Source: Octopus bimaculoides (lineage: Eukaryota). Taken from it: 44,239 nt of DNA. The DNA lies in NCBI RefSeq assembly GCF_001194135.2, contig NC_068982.1, positions 36,593,298-36,637,536 on the forward strand. The letters run 5' to 3'. Positions 25,552 through 38,221 of the stretch are shown in pieces (position 1 is the stretch's first letter; each line of letters starts with the position of its first letter). Position numbers and translations under genes: made by a program. The notes beneath the pieces are model-generated. The model saw only the letters and a program-made list of their open reading frames with translations, had not been told where the DNA came from and made no database searches.

Positions 25552-25799
25552 NNNNNNNNNNNNNNNNNNNNNNNNNNNNNNNNNNNNNNNNNNNNNNNNN
25601 NNNNNNNNNNNNNNNNNNNNNNNNNNNNNNNNNNNNNNNNNNNNNNNNNNNNNNNNNNNNNNNNNNNNNNNNNNNNNNNNNNNNNNNNNNNNNNNNNNNN
25701 NNNNNNNNNNNNNNNNNNNNNNNNNNNNNNNNNNNNNNNNNNNNNNNNNNNNNNNNNNNNNNNNNNNNNNNNNNNNNNNNNNNNNNNNNNNNNNNNNNN
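25552..25799. other. Assembly gap (N)
   Basis: N run, followed by (TG)n. Confidence 1.
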
Positions 25800-25857
<58 letters not shown>

Positions 25858-26164
25858 ATGTGAATATTTCTAACTTGCACTTTGCACAAAAGCATTGAAC
25901 TGAAGATGGTGACATTTTTGACATTTCTTGTCAAAAAAAATATCTTCCAGTGATGCACTTTTTAAAGACAAGTGGAAAAAAAATGTCATTACTTGAAAAA
26001 CAGGTAAAGATTAGTGATAGGTAGGGTATCCAGCTATGAAGCAATACCTCAAAAATATTATTCCTCTTATCCAAGCTAGCATGTTAATACTGGCATAAAC
26101 CAAATGAAGGGTGTGTGTATATACATGCATGTGTGTGTTTATATGTATATATATGTGTGTATAA

Positions 26165-26196
26165 ATATATGTATGTGTGTATGTGTGTGTGTGTAA

Positions 26197-26234
<38 letters not shown>

Positions 26235-26777
26235 GTGTGTATATATATATATAAACAATATATGAGTATATGCATATATATGTACATGTATGTATATACC
26301 TTCATCTACATGTACACATAGATACATAACTGGGTACATGACGTGGCAAAAGAACATGGACAAAAAGATAAACAAGGTACAACAAACAAGCAAGCCACAT
26401 AGAAACATCTCCTTCATCAGCTGCCACCATTAAAACACCAGCGTTTCGAAGAATTAAGGCACACACACATACATACATGTATGTGTGTGTATGTACATGC
26501 ATATGCATATGTATGTCTATATGTATGAATGTATATTCAGACTGCATATATANNNNNNNNNNNNNNNNNNNNNNNNNNNNNNNNNNNNNNNNNNNNNNNN
26601 NNNNNNNNNNNNNNNNNNNNNNNNNNNNNNNNNNNNNNNNNNNNNNNNNNNNNNNNNNNNNNNNNNNNNNNNNNNNNNNNNNNNNNNNNNNNNNNNNNNN
26701 NNNNNNNNNNNNNNNNNNNNNNNNNNNNNNNNNNNNNNNNNNNNNATATATGTATGTGTGTATGTGTGTGTGTGTAA

Positions 26778-26815
<38 letters not shown>

Positions 26816-27133
26816 GTGTGTATATATATATATAAACAATATATGAGTATATGCATATATATGTACATGTATGTATATACCTTCATCTACATGTACACAT
26901 AGATACATAACTGGGTACATGACGTGGCAAAAGAACATGGACAAAAAGATAAACAAGGTACAACAAACAAGCAAGCCACATAGAAACATCTCCTTCATCA
27001 GCTGCCACCATTAAAACACCAGCGTTTCGAAGAATTAAGGCACACACACATACATACATGTATGTGTGTGTATGTACATGCATATGCATATGTATGTCTA
27101 TATGTATGAATGTATATTCAGACTGCATATATA
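26165..27133. repeat. 388-bp direct duplication flanking an N gap (26553-26745), probable assembly artefact
   Basis: 26165-26552 appears identical to 26746-27133, including microsatellite lengths, and both copies abut the gap. Confidence 0.9.
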
Positions 27134-27675
27134 TAGTTGTACTTCTGTATATATTTGTGTATGCAAGAAATATAAGATGAAATTCCAAGTTACATATATT
27201 CACAATTGTCTGTGAATTTTAATATTCTAGATGCATGAAGCTGTCAAAATTCTAGTTTTATTGTACCACTCAGAGTTAGAATGTATCATCAGGTCTAATC
27301 ATTATTTCTTTCTTTATATCACGAACAGAAATGAGATCTTTTGATAAGAGCTGATGTAGATGAAATCTAAACTCGTAAGTGCCAGGTACCATTTGGATTT
27401 TGTTGTGATAATTATTTTTGAAATTGGATATATTTCCTGTTTGTCTAACAACATGAAGAAGAAAGGATTTCATACACAAGCATGGAGTTGTTAGATTTAT
27501 TTGTAGTTGAGTGGAATTGACAAGTTACAATAGTTATGCTTTTATGAACGATTTTGATAATACACATGGTGCTTGAATTTGATGTTTAAACTATGTAAAG
27601 AAAATATTCTGAGTACTTGAAAGGAATGTAAGGACTTATAGTTATAATCTTGTTAAATTAAAATAGACTTCAAGA

Positions 27676-28105
<430 letters not shown>

Positions 28106-28144
28106 ACACACAACAGATTAGACTGTTGGAAAAGAAAAATTCCT

Positions 28145-28453
28145 AACATTGGGCTACAACAGGTAACTTTAGATGCCAAGAACCCTCATAAGTATCCTAG
28201 CTGTTCCTAATAACACTGCTTTCTGGAGCTGTACTAAATTGGTTTTATGCTATTTCCTCTATCCATCTGTTCAAATCTTTAGGGATAATTCCTAATGCAC
28301 TTATAACTACTGCGATACATTTTATCTGCACTTTCCATAGTCTCTATAATTCAATGGCTAGGTCCTGCTACTTTTCCCTTTACTCCTCATATTGATATTT
28401 TTCATTATTTGAGGCTGTAAAGTCAATTATCTGGCAATTTCTATTCTCTTTAT

Positions 28454-28529
<76 letters not shown>

Positions 28530-28800
28530 ATAGTTATGTAGAAGGCTTCTACATAACTCTCAGTGGATTACTCTTCCTTGGTTGTCATGTCTTTTCATGT
28601 ATTCTTTCTGTGCCAGCATGCTGCATTCACTTACTATAGGAGCAACACTTTCCTCTTTTGATTTGTATAACCTACACTGGGAATCTAATTAGTTTTTGTC
28701 TCTTGGCTTTTATCCAATTAGTCCTTAATGCTTGATCTTATGCTGCTACTAACAAACTTTCTGTCTTCCTTTTCAGCCTTCCTTTCTGCAACCATAACCC
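28145..28800 (-). mobile_element. R4/Dong-like LINE 3' fragment (CCHC finger plus RLE), interrupted by (CTA)n
   Basis: LQKGRLKRKTESLLVAA*DQALRTN..QCRLYKSKEESVAPIVSEC..KRHDN..ELCR, then VVDKENRNCQIIDF..EK*QDLAIEL*RLWK..VVISALGIIP..LQKAVLLGTARILMRVLGI*. Confidence 0.85.
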
Positions 28801-28845
<45 letters not shown>

Positions 28846-28846
<1 letters not shown>

Positions 28847-29050
28847 GCTGGCAGAATCATTAGCATGCCGGGCAAAAAGCATAGCAGCATTTCATCCATC
28901 TTTATGTTCTGAGTTCAAATTCCATCAAGGTCCACTTTGCATTTCATTCTTTTAGGATCAATAAAATAAGTACCAGTTATTTGGGGTCGATGTAGTCAAC
29001 TTAGCCCCTCTCCTGAAATTGCCAGCTCTATGCTAAAATTTGAAATTCTT
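28846..29050 (+). mobile_element. tRNA-derived SINE (family B)
   Basis: AAGCTGGCAGAATCATTAGC.., box B GAGTTCAAATTCC, core AATAAAATAAGTACCAGTT..GGGGTCGAT, short TTA tail. Starts directly after the (TTA)n at 28801-28845. Confidence 0.8.
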
Positions 29051-29589
29051 CTTATTATTATGCCTCATCAAAATGTTTAGAAAAGGTGAAAGAATTAAGA
29101 AAAATTATTCCAAAAGTATATTTTACATGCTAATCATATACCACCATCACACACACGTGCATGCAAGTAGAATGATAGAGTAAAAAGGAAGATCTAGTAT
29201 TGGGAAAAGTATAATACCTAACTGTCAAATGCTTTGGAGCATTCATACAAGGGACAAATCAACTGACTAGTGTCAGAACCAAAATAAAGTGTACTTTGTA
29301 TGTTCTATAAAGTGACAGGCAAATAATCAGAGGCAACATAGGATAAAGAGGACTCTTTAGTCTTGCTGGTGACTGAACAAGCTTTTCAGTATTGGTGCCA
29401 TGTTAAATGTATACTCTATTAGTCTGTAAAGTGATTGGAAGTAAGTTGAGTATCCAGCTATAGAAATCATGTCAAAAATGGAATGTATGAGAAAGATGTT
29501 GCAGTGTATATGGTAGGGCAACAGCACCAAATAAGAACTGACAGAACCATGACGACTCATTTAACCAAGGCTGAGATGGAAAAGCATAT

Positions 29590-29635
29590 ATAAAATGTTG
29601 ACAATGATGATGGATGACAATGATAATGATGATGG

Positions 29636-29698
<63 letters not shown>

Positions 29699-29710
29699 CG
29701 ATGATGACTG
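29590..29710. repeat. (GAT)n microsatellite
   Basis: GAT run; source of the poly-His and poly-Ser ORFs. Confidence 0.95.
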
Positions 29711-29849
29711 CACCACCACTGACACTGATGATGCCAATGATGAGTCACTGCTGCCAACAATGAGTGAATAAATGCTGCGGTTGATATGGTGGACTAAACC
29801 TTGGAGGTGGTGCCTCAGCATGGTTGCAGTCAGTCCAATGACTGAAGCA

Positions 29850-30050
29850 TCATCATTTAATATCTGTTTTCCATGTTGGTATGGGTTGGATGGCTTGACA
29901 GGAATTGGTGAGGCCAGAGGCCACACCAGGTTCCATAGTCAGTTTTGGCTTGATTTCTATAACTGGATGCCTTTTCTAACATCAACCACTCCACAGAATG
30001 TACTGGGTGCTTCTTACATGGCACCATTACCAGGGCTTTTTACACAGCGC
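29850..30050 (-). mobile_element. Short repeat matching the RTE 3' UTR
   Basis: CATCATCATTTAATATCTGTTTTCCATGTTGGTATGGGTTGGATGG..CTGGATGCCTTTTCTAAC..ACTGGGTGC aligns with 44020-44170. Confidence 0.7.
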
Positions 30051-31517
30051 CAATACCTACATTGATGTCTTTTATATGGCACCTTGGTTTTAGGACCTCG
30101 AGAAACAAGTAAAAGACTATACACTTAAATAACTGCTAACATTTTTTGAAATGCAGGTACAATTATAAATCAGTAATGGATAGTTTTAGTTTGCAGGAAT
30201 ATTCTGCTTCAGTATACTTCATTAAATTTTGAAAGAATATATGTTTATGTTTTATGTTGTTTTTTTTTTATTTATTACTTACTTCAGAGAAGGGCAGAAT
30301 CCATGACCCCTTGCAGGGTCTCTGAGACTAATGGGAGAAAGAGAGGAGTATCATGACATTGGACACCTGGCACAAATATTTGTAAAACAGTGTATCTTTT
30401 TTAAAGGTTCCCAAAATTCAGATGGTTGAACAATGTATTATGTATATCAAACAGAAATGTTTTCTAACCAATATAATGTTGCAACAAGGGTTAAATATGC
30501 TCAATACAAGCATTAATAATTAGTATTCCTCACATATTTACTGAAGATTACTTCCACCATATTGTTATAAGTATGATATATTGTGCAGACCTATTTGAAA
30601 TATTTCAGTCAATAAGGTAATTTTTTTGCATCAATGAACAAAAGAAAATTTAAATTCAAAACATTAATCACATTTTGTAAAGACTGATATTTTTTTAAAA
30701 ATCATTATTTATGTCTGAATATTTCACAAAGAACTTTTTTATTATATTCTGCATTATTTTGTTCAGAAAGCTTTACATTATTATGCAAAATCTCAGAAAT
30801 TGTAATGCGCTACAATAGAAAGAAAATAATGAAATAAATTTTTCCTAAAACAATTTTTACTTTCATGTTGAGAGCGTCAATATGAAATAGATAAATGAAT
30901 AAAAAATAAAGTTAAGTTCTCCCATTAATATAATTTCTGATTTGATAGTTTAAACTACCATGTCCAAAGCATAGAAAAACTAATAAAACAAATGCCAACA
31001 ACAAGAATAAAATGAGAGCAAGTAATAACAATTCTCATCAGTTAAATATCTAGAGAAGTTGTAGACCCATACAGAAAAACTAATAGAGTTGTTGATTTGA
31101 CCTTCTAAAGTTGACATCAAATGATATGAATAATTTAGAAAATAAAATGTAGAAAAATAGCTTGAAAAAATCTAATGTCACAGGCTATTTTTTCATATGA
31201 TTTTCAAAATTTTCTTTGTTTTCATCTTTATCCTACTTAATACTCAGTTTCACTTTTAACAAAACTGCAGTTCTAATAATTTTCAAATCAGGTTGAGAGC
31301 TATAAAGCACAACCTGGTTTTGATGTTTCATTAAAATTATATCACTTCACTTATTTTGCTAACTTTTTCTTAAAAATATAGTAGCTTGTTACTGCTCAAT
31401 AAAAAATGATTTTCAAATCAATCTCAGATCTTATGAACTGAAACAGTATCAAGAATTACAAGGAGAAAATGTATGATACACACACGCAAACATGTGCCTG
31501 CGCTCCCCCCCCCCCCA

Positions 31518-31745
31518 CATCATCATCATCATCATCACTATCATTTAATGTTCCTGTTCCATGTTTCATAGGTTCAATGGTTTGATAGGAACCAACAGAC
31601 CCAAGGACTGCATTGTACTCCAGTATCTGTCTTGGCATAGTTTCTACAGCTGGATGCCCTTCTTAATTTCAACCATTTTACAGCATGGACTGGATGCTTT
31701 TTTGTTAAATCGGTACTAATGAGGTCACTGTGCAGTTTTAGAACT
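31518..31745 (-). mobile_element. Short repeat matching the RTE 3' UTR
   Basis: (CAT)n-TTTAATG..CCATG..TTTCTACAGCTGGATGCCCTTC. Confidence 0.65.
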
Positions 31746-32309
31746 GCAAACCCTGCAGAAAGGGCAGTTTTATGCTAGATGAGAGGATTGAACTATGAGA
31801 AGTGGGGGCAGCATTACAGGTTCTTTTAGGGGGCCTGTATGGCTGCTCACATCTTGTAGAGGAAGGGAGAGAGAAAGAGAAAATGAATAGTAGGAGTTGC
31901 AAGAGATAGATAATGGTGATAAGGTTCCTGGGTGACCCCATAAGGTACGTAGTGAGTTGAAGAATTGGTTTGCAAGATTGTGTGGAACGGAGAATGAGGA
32001 GATGGGGAGGAATAAGGCATACTGCCAAAATGGGTTGGGTAGAAGGGTGGATGAGCAAGGAACTATGAATTGGGGAAAATGGAGGGATGTGAAAGAGAGT
32101 GAGAGAAGTCAAGCAGCAGGAGTAGCAAAGATTATACAGTTGTTGATGAGCAAGGATAAAAAAGAGGGTGACATGGTTAGGCAGTCTGCAGGAGCTAGTG
32201 AAATGGAGCAGAAGAGATAGGCCTCGTGCATGGGAAGCAAGACAAGACACTGGAACATGGGTGGAAAGCACAATACATAGCACTTCTAGAACTCAGTTTA
32301 GCTGCTAAG

Positions 32310-32510
32310 GGAAATCTGCTTTCTATGCTGGCATGGGTTGGATGGTTCAGCAGGATCTGGTAAGCTGCAGGGGTGTGCCAAGTTCTAGTGTCAGCATTGA
32401 CATGGTTTCTAAAGCTGGTTAGACCATAGAAACTAAACTACAGGGTGTACAATGTGTTTTTTAACATGCCACTAGCACTAGTGAAGTTACTAAGTTGCAA
32501 GATAGGAAAA
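32310..32510 (-). mobile_element. Short repeat matching the RTE 3' UTR, degraded
   Basis: GCTTTCTATGCTGGCATGGGTTGGATGG..CATGGTTTCTAAAGCTGG..CACTAGCACTAGTGAAG. Confidence 0.55.
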
Positions 32511-33364
32511 GAACAAGGAAGAAGGAAAAGAAAAAAAGCTCCCACAACTAATTGATGGTGATAGGGGATTTAGAGTGGAGAAAGTGGCTTTATGTCAGGT
32601 GTTGAAAGACTAAAGTATGATAGGAGAAGCAGAGATGTCTTGCTAATAGAAAAGATACATGTCTACTCTACATTATATAAAGTGGGGTGTTGTTGAGAAG
32701 GACATAAAAGAAGGTAGTGAAAGAGTGCCAAAACGAACTCTCAAGGTACAAGGTGGGTATGAGAAAGTGATGAACAAGAGTGGAGGTGCAGTTGATGGGA
32801 AATATCAGTATGGAGAAATGTAAAGAAGGGAGAGATAGAAGTGGCTCGAGAAGGCAAGATCAGAAAGTAGGGGGATGATATGTAAGACGTAGATGTTTTG
32901 AGAAAGGATACATAAAGATGTGTATAGGGAGCAGATGTGATGGTAGATATGAGAGGGTGCAGAGAAAGGTAGTAGATATGTGAGGTGTTCAAATAGAGGA
33001 TGATTGAAGAGAGAGGTAACTGAAGACACAGAAAGGAGGTCATTGGAGAAAATAGTGTTGCTGAGTAAGGAATAGTAAGGAATGGAAGTGGTTCTGGGGA
33101 GAAGATAACTGGTAGTGTAAAGAAAAGGAAGAGGAGTAATATGTGCCAATACTGCCCTCAAGTTATCACAGCTGCCAAGTAGAGTTATGGGTAAAAGAAT
33201 GAAGGAGGGATGAGTGTTAGAGAAATGTGATGTAGGGAATACTTGATGGGGCAGAATGGGTAACAAGCACAAACAGAATGCTTTGAGGAATCATTTTTCC
33301 TGTGGTGGGCAGGTCTTCTTGGGCATAGCAAAATATCAAACATCTCAATCCTGTGTCATCACCA

Positions 33365-34110
33365 TGAGTGAAAAGCAGATTGTACGATACCTGTATATGT
33401 ACATGGCAGTGAAACATGGGCTTTGACTATAGAAGACCTGAAAGAAATGAAGCTAGCATGCTTCACTGCATGGGTAATATCAATGTGCATGCACGACAGA
33501 TAGTAAATGATTTAAAAGGATAACTGGGTATAAGAGACATCAGCTGTTGTGTGCAAGAGAGAAGACAGTGTTGGTTTGGTCATGTAATGCATACGGATGA
33601 GGACAGCTGTGTAAAGAAGTGCCAATCTCTAATTGTGGAAGGTATCGGTGGTAGGGGTAGACCCAGGAAGACGTGGGGCAAAGTGGAGAGAAAGGATCTT
33701 CAGATATTAGCCATCACTGAGGAAATGACAAGGAACTGGGAAATGTGGCAATTTGCTGTACTCGATAAGACATGTCAAGCTAAGTAAAATTGCTGTCTTT
33801 CACAAATGCAGGCTTGCTCTTTTAGGTGTCAGTGCCACATGAAAAGCACCTGTGCTGGTGCTGCATGAATGCACCTGTGCCAATGTTGCATAAGCACATC
33901 TGTGCCAGTGACATGTAAAAGGTACTCAGCACATTCTGTTAAGTGCTTGGTGCTAGGAAGGGCATCTAGTCATAGAAACCATGCCACAACAAACAATTGG
34001 AGTCTGGATAGTTCCATGCTAGCTGGCTCCATGCCAAACCATCCAACCTATGCCAGCATGGAAAGCAGATGTTAAATGATGATGATGATAAGGATGATGA
34101 TGATGCTGAC
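33365..34110 (+). mobile_element. RTE-clade LINE 3' end: RT C-terminus, 3' UTR and (GAT)n tail
   Basis: VKSRLYDTC..HGSETWA..NEASML..QERRQCWFGHVMHTDEDSCVKKC..GRGRPRKTW..MTRNWEMWQFAV*, then a UTR ending GGAAAGCAGATGTTAAATGATGATGAT. Confidence 0.88.
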
Positions 34111-34169
34111 GTTCAGCATCCTGAGATCAGCTTTCATTACTTTGTCTTGTGGGCAGGAATTCCATATGA

Positions 34170-34715
34170 TGGAATTCCTGCCCACACCTTTCCAGCATTT
34201 TGAGTCGAGCCATTGACCTGAAGTGAGTAGAATCCTGTTTGTTTTTCTGCTTACTAGACTTTGGTCTTTGCTAAATTAATTCTAAAGCTTTTTGATTCCT
34301 GGTCTTGCTTCCAAACCTGAAATTTATTTTCTAATTCTATTACAGATTCTACTCTGGAACCAAGATCATCAGCAGATAGTAGTTTCCAGATACAACTAGT
34401 CTTCAATTCCTCTGTTATGTCCTGGCGGATAATGAAGAATATGAAGAGACTGAAAACTGAACTCTGGTGAACTCCTGTCTACACTCTAAATTCATCACTG
34501 AACTCATGGCTAACTTTCACCTTACTGACAGATCCCCTATACATGGTTTGCATGGTTTTCACAAGTTGTTCATCCTTAGCTTTCTCAGAGATCATCATGT
34601 CATAGAGCGAGGAATTCTGCCAAAAGTTTCCTCCAAAGCACCAAATGCCAAGTACAATGATTCACTTTGAGCTTAATACTTTTCCTGCAGGTACCTCACT
34701 AGGAAGATAGCATCT
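34170..34715 (-). mobile_element. RTE-clade LINE RT fragment
   Basis: TIDAIFLVRYLQEKY..LYLAFGALEETFGRIPRS..ITEELKTSCIWKLLSADDL..KGVGRNSI. Confidence 0.82.
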
Positions 34716-36369
34716 ATAGTACTTCTTACACACACACATACACGCACACACACATACACCTGTATGTAAGATACAACAAAAAAAATTTAATAGTTTTGAT
34801 ATATTATTCATATAACATGAATAAAATCCTTATGACTTAATGAAAAAAATGAAGCTGATTACAAAAAGGCAGAAATAAGATCACATGACTTGGTAAGTGA
34901 CATCAGCTGCTACAGTAACTAATGCTAAGTTTTGTCACATCTTAGTATACAAAAATATAAAAATGAGGTTTAAGAAAAATGCGATTTAAGAAAAACTTTA
35001 CTCAAACCAAAATCTTTCCTGTGTGCTTTCATAGGTTAGATAAGTGGGTTACAGGTGGATCAGCTGGCTTAAGTTTGTTTTTTTGGGGGAGTCTACTCTC
35101 TCTTTAGAGACAAAGAAAAGAGATTAGCTTAAAATGAATAGTAAATTCTTAAAAATTATAATTTTGATATATTTTAGTAAAATATGGTTATTGGTTTCAT
35201 ATATTCTTAATGTACACATAACGATATGCTCTGACTTCTCTTCCCCACCATCTGTATATCCCTTTTCAGCTACTCATGCCTTTATATAATGTATCTCTTC
35301 TATGAGAAGCTAACTGATCTTGTTCCTTTATCATACTTCATCCTCACAGCACCTAGCAGAAAGTTCCTTCTCTTTCTACTACCATTTTATCATCATAACT
35401 GGAACTGCAAAAGATTACATTGACTAAACAGATACAAGCTATAGTTTTTTTTTTTTGTTTTTGGCTTTGTTTCTTTTTGGGGAATGAACACTGAATGACA
35501 TAATAACTTAAAAGGATGCTGGAGAAATTGTCCAGGGATGCTTGCTACTTCAAAACCTAATAGTAAAGTGCATAATAGCATACTTGATGTAGTAAGCTAA
35601 AAGAATTTTAGTCCATTAAAATTACATCCTTTGTGATGAAAACAATCATTATTTAAATTACCATTTATGATAAAAAAGGGTAGGGGAGGTCACCCTGGAA
35701 TTTTGATTAAATTAAATACAGAATGTACTGGGAAGTGAATTTGGTCTTTAAAAATACAATGACAACTGACATGTTTTGCTCTTAGATCTTCTCAGTGAAG
35801 CATAGTCTGTCACAAGACTTAGAATGACTAGAGAGATATAGTTTTTCAAGAATCAACTGTGAACTGTATAAGTTAGAAGAATAAGTGGGGCAAAAATTCC
35901 CAGAGATGCCTGCTGTATGAAAACTTAATAGTGAAGTGGTTTAGGGCAAATAAATGTAGTTTGGTTTCCATTTTAGAATTATTCAAGTTAAATTTTTTAA
36001 CAACTAGATAACTGATTGTTCAAAATATACTTCACATTTTCTATACTTATTTTTACTAAAAATTATATATCCATATCATTTATTTTATAAAATAATGCTC
36101 AAGTTTATCTTGTAATAATGTTTTATGTTGTCTGTTTCAATATCCATTGTATACTACTGTAACTATAGACCATTAAGATAATACAATCTTTTCAAAACAA
36201 GAAAAACAAAATAGACATACATGTTTTATATCAGAGAGAAAGAGATATTCATATATTTAGTAGATAGATTATCAGAAGTCATTTCACATTAGATACAACA
36301 ATAGCTTACATAGAACAAACTATTACTTTATTACTTTATTTTCTCTGTACTTCCTCTCTGTCTGAAAAG

Positions 36370-36410
36370 AAAATAAGAAAGCAAATCCATTTTATATATT
36401 AGATATGAAG
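36370..36410 (+). CDS. Candidate small exon 1 of a possible host gene (PH-domain-like)
   Basis: Long pyrimidine tract, AAG acceptor (weaker type), donor AAG|GTAAAG. One open frame: xNKKANPFYILDMK. Confidence 0.28.
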
Positions 36411-36478
36411 GTAAAGATATTCAGTAATACATATACATACATATATATATATATTTATGTATATATATTTCTATATAT

Positions 36479-36679
36479 NNNNNNNNNNNNNNNNNNNNNN
36501 NNNNNNNNNNNNNNNNNNNNNNNNNNNNNNNNNNNNNNNNNNNNNNNNNNNNNNNNNNNNNNNNNNNNNNNNNNNNNNNNNNNNNNNNNNNNNNNNNNNN
36601 NNNNNNNNNNNNNNNNNNNNNNNNNNNNNNNNNNNNNNNNNNNNNNNNNNNNNNNNNNNNNNNNNNNNNNNNNNNNNNN
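36479..36679. other. Assembly gap (N)
   Basis: N run. Confidence 1.
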
Positions 36680-37001
36680 TATATACAGTAGCATTGGTGT
36701 TTACATCTGTGTACCTGTATAATTGTGTGCATATTTTTTGTATATGTTTATCTATTTATTTGCATGAAGAAATATGTCCTTGAAAGATAAAAATAAACCA
36801 GTGTATTTCTCACAGTGGTATGTCTATAATTGGTTAAAGAATTATGTATTTTGATAAAAAAAAAATTATATATATATACATATTGTTTTCTAAACACAAA
36901 GGCAGTTTAAGAATAACAGAAGACAAATAACGCCAGATGAAGCACGCTATGATCTTAACTACTCCAAATGTTCATAATAAATCACTTATTGTGTTTTACA
37001 G

Positions 37002-37048
37002 AATGTACGGCATATTTTTCAACTGAGTACAATAGAAAGTCAGTTCAA
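37002..37048 (+). CDS. Candidate small exon 2
   Basis: TTATTGTGTTTTACAG acceptor and CAA|GTAAGT donor. Reads NVRHIFQLSTIESQF(K), phase-compatible with exon 1. Confidence 0.3.
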
Positions 37049-37157
37049 GTAAGTTAACATATGTTAACTTACACCATTTGGATAGAAATGTGTCTTTTTT
37101 GCCTACATAAAAAAAAAAAACTTTTACAGAGAAAGATGTTTCTTTCTTCTTTGTCAG

Positions 37158-37193
37158 GTGTCCAAGAAAAGTAATCTTTTCTGTTGATACAAG
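37158..37193 (+). CDS. Candidate small exon 3
   Basis: TTTCTTTCTTCTTTGTCAG acceptor and AAG|GTAGGA donor. The only open frame, CPRKVIFSVDT(R), is the one compatible with exon 2. Confidence 0.3.
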
Positions 37194-38085
37194 GTAGGAG
37201 TGGATGTATCTTACTTATCAAATCATATGTATAACTATCCAATAGTACTTGTATGTTTGTATAAAACTACACTAAAACATGTCAATTGCATATACAATTA
37301 CACATCATTAAAGGCAAGCAAACAACTGCACAGTAATTTTTACATGTATTCATATATTTTTAAGTAAGTGTATATGTGGATATGTATATTCATTGTACAT
37401 TTACAACTACATACATCTTAGTCTGGATGTAAATGTTTTCACATTTATACATACAAAGTTAATTACATATATATAATCTCATCCGTTCATATTTATAAAA
37501 ATGTACAAATAATTGTGTAGTTATATACACAAATATAAATTAAAAAATAACATGTTTAAATTTGAATTGCACATATATATGTATACATCCTTAGATTCGG
37601 ATGTTAAATTAGAAATATGCATGCATGTGTGTGAGTAGTTTAGTACATTGCTGCATTTATATATCAATCCAACATAATTATAAGTGTAGTAACAGCTTTG
37701 TTGCAAATCAATGATGTTAAGTTAATTACCTAATGACACACTCTGACATTTCCAGTCAGTCTCCTAAACTTTACACCACCAGTTTACCAGCAATTATATT
37801 TTTAACTGGTTGATTTCTACACTAATTCTATCTCTGAATTGATTATATAAATTAGAATTGCTATTTATGTTATCAACTCCAAGGTCTGACATTAAGATGA
37901 CTGAAACTCAAACCTATAAGTTGTAGAGTTAAATATTTGTTAATTAACCTATCCTTAGCAATACAAGAACAATATAAGTACATGAAATTTATAACGAATT
38001 GAAGTTGAAGAGATGTTGGATGTGTTGATAAGGAAGGATTTGAGATGAAAAATTGTAAAAAATAAAAAAATTTTGTCATAGTCAG

Positions 38086-38114
38086 GATTTCATTTGGTGA
38101 TATAATTACAGTTT
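38086..38114 (+). CDS. Candidate small exon 4
   Basis: TTTTGTCATAGTCAG acceptor and GTAAGT donor. Reads ISFGDIITV, phase-compatible. Confidence 0.2.
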
Positions 38115-38221
38115 GTAAGTTTCTTCTGAAACCTTTGAAGCCACATGTATGCTTTTCCAAGCATACTTTCATTTGACTTATATTTCTGGAAGATGCAAAA
38201 GTAGATGGCCATATTGTTCAG

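Noticed and set aside
27329-27374. Exon-like segment with a strong acceptor and GTAAGT donor
   Set aside because: Stops in all three frames; shows how often such sites arise by chance here.
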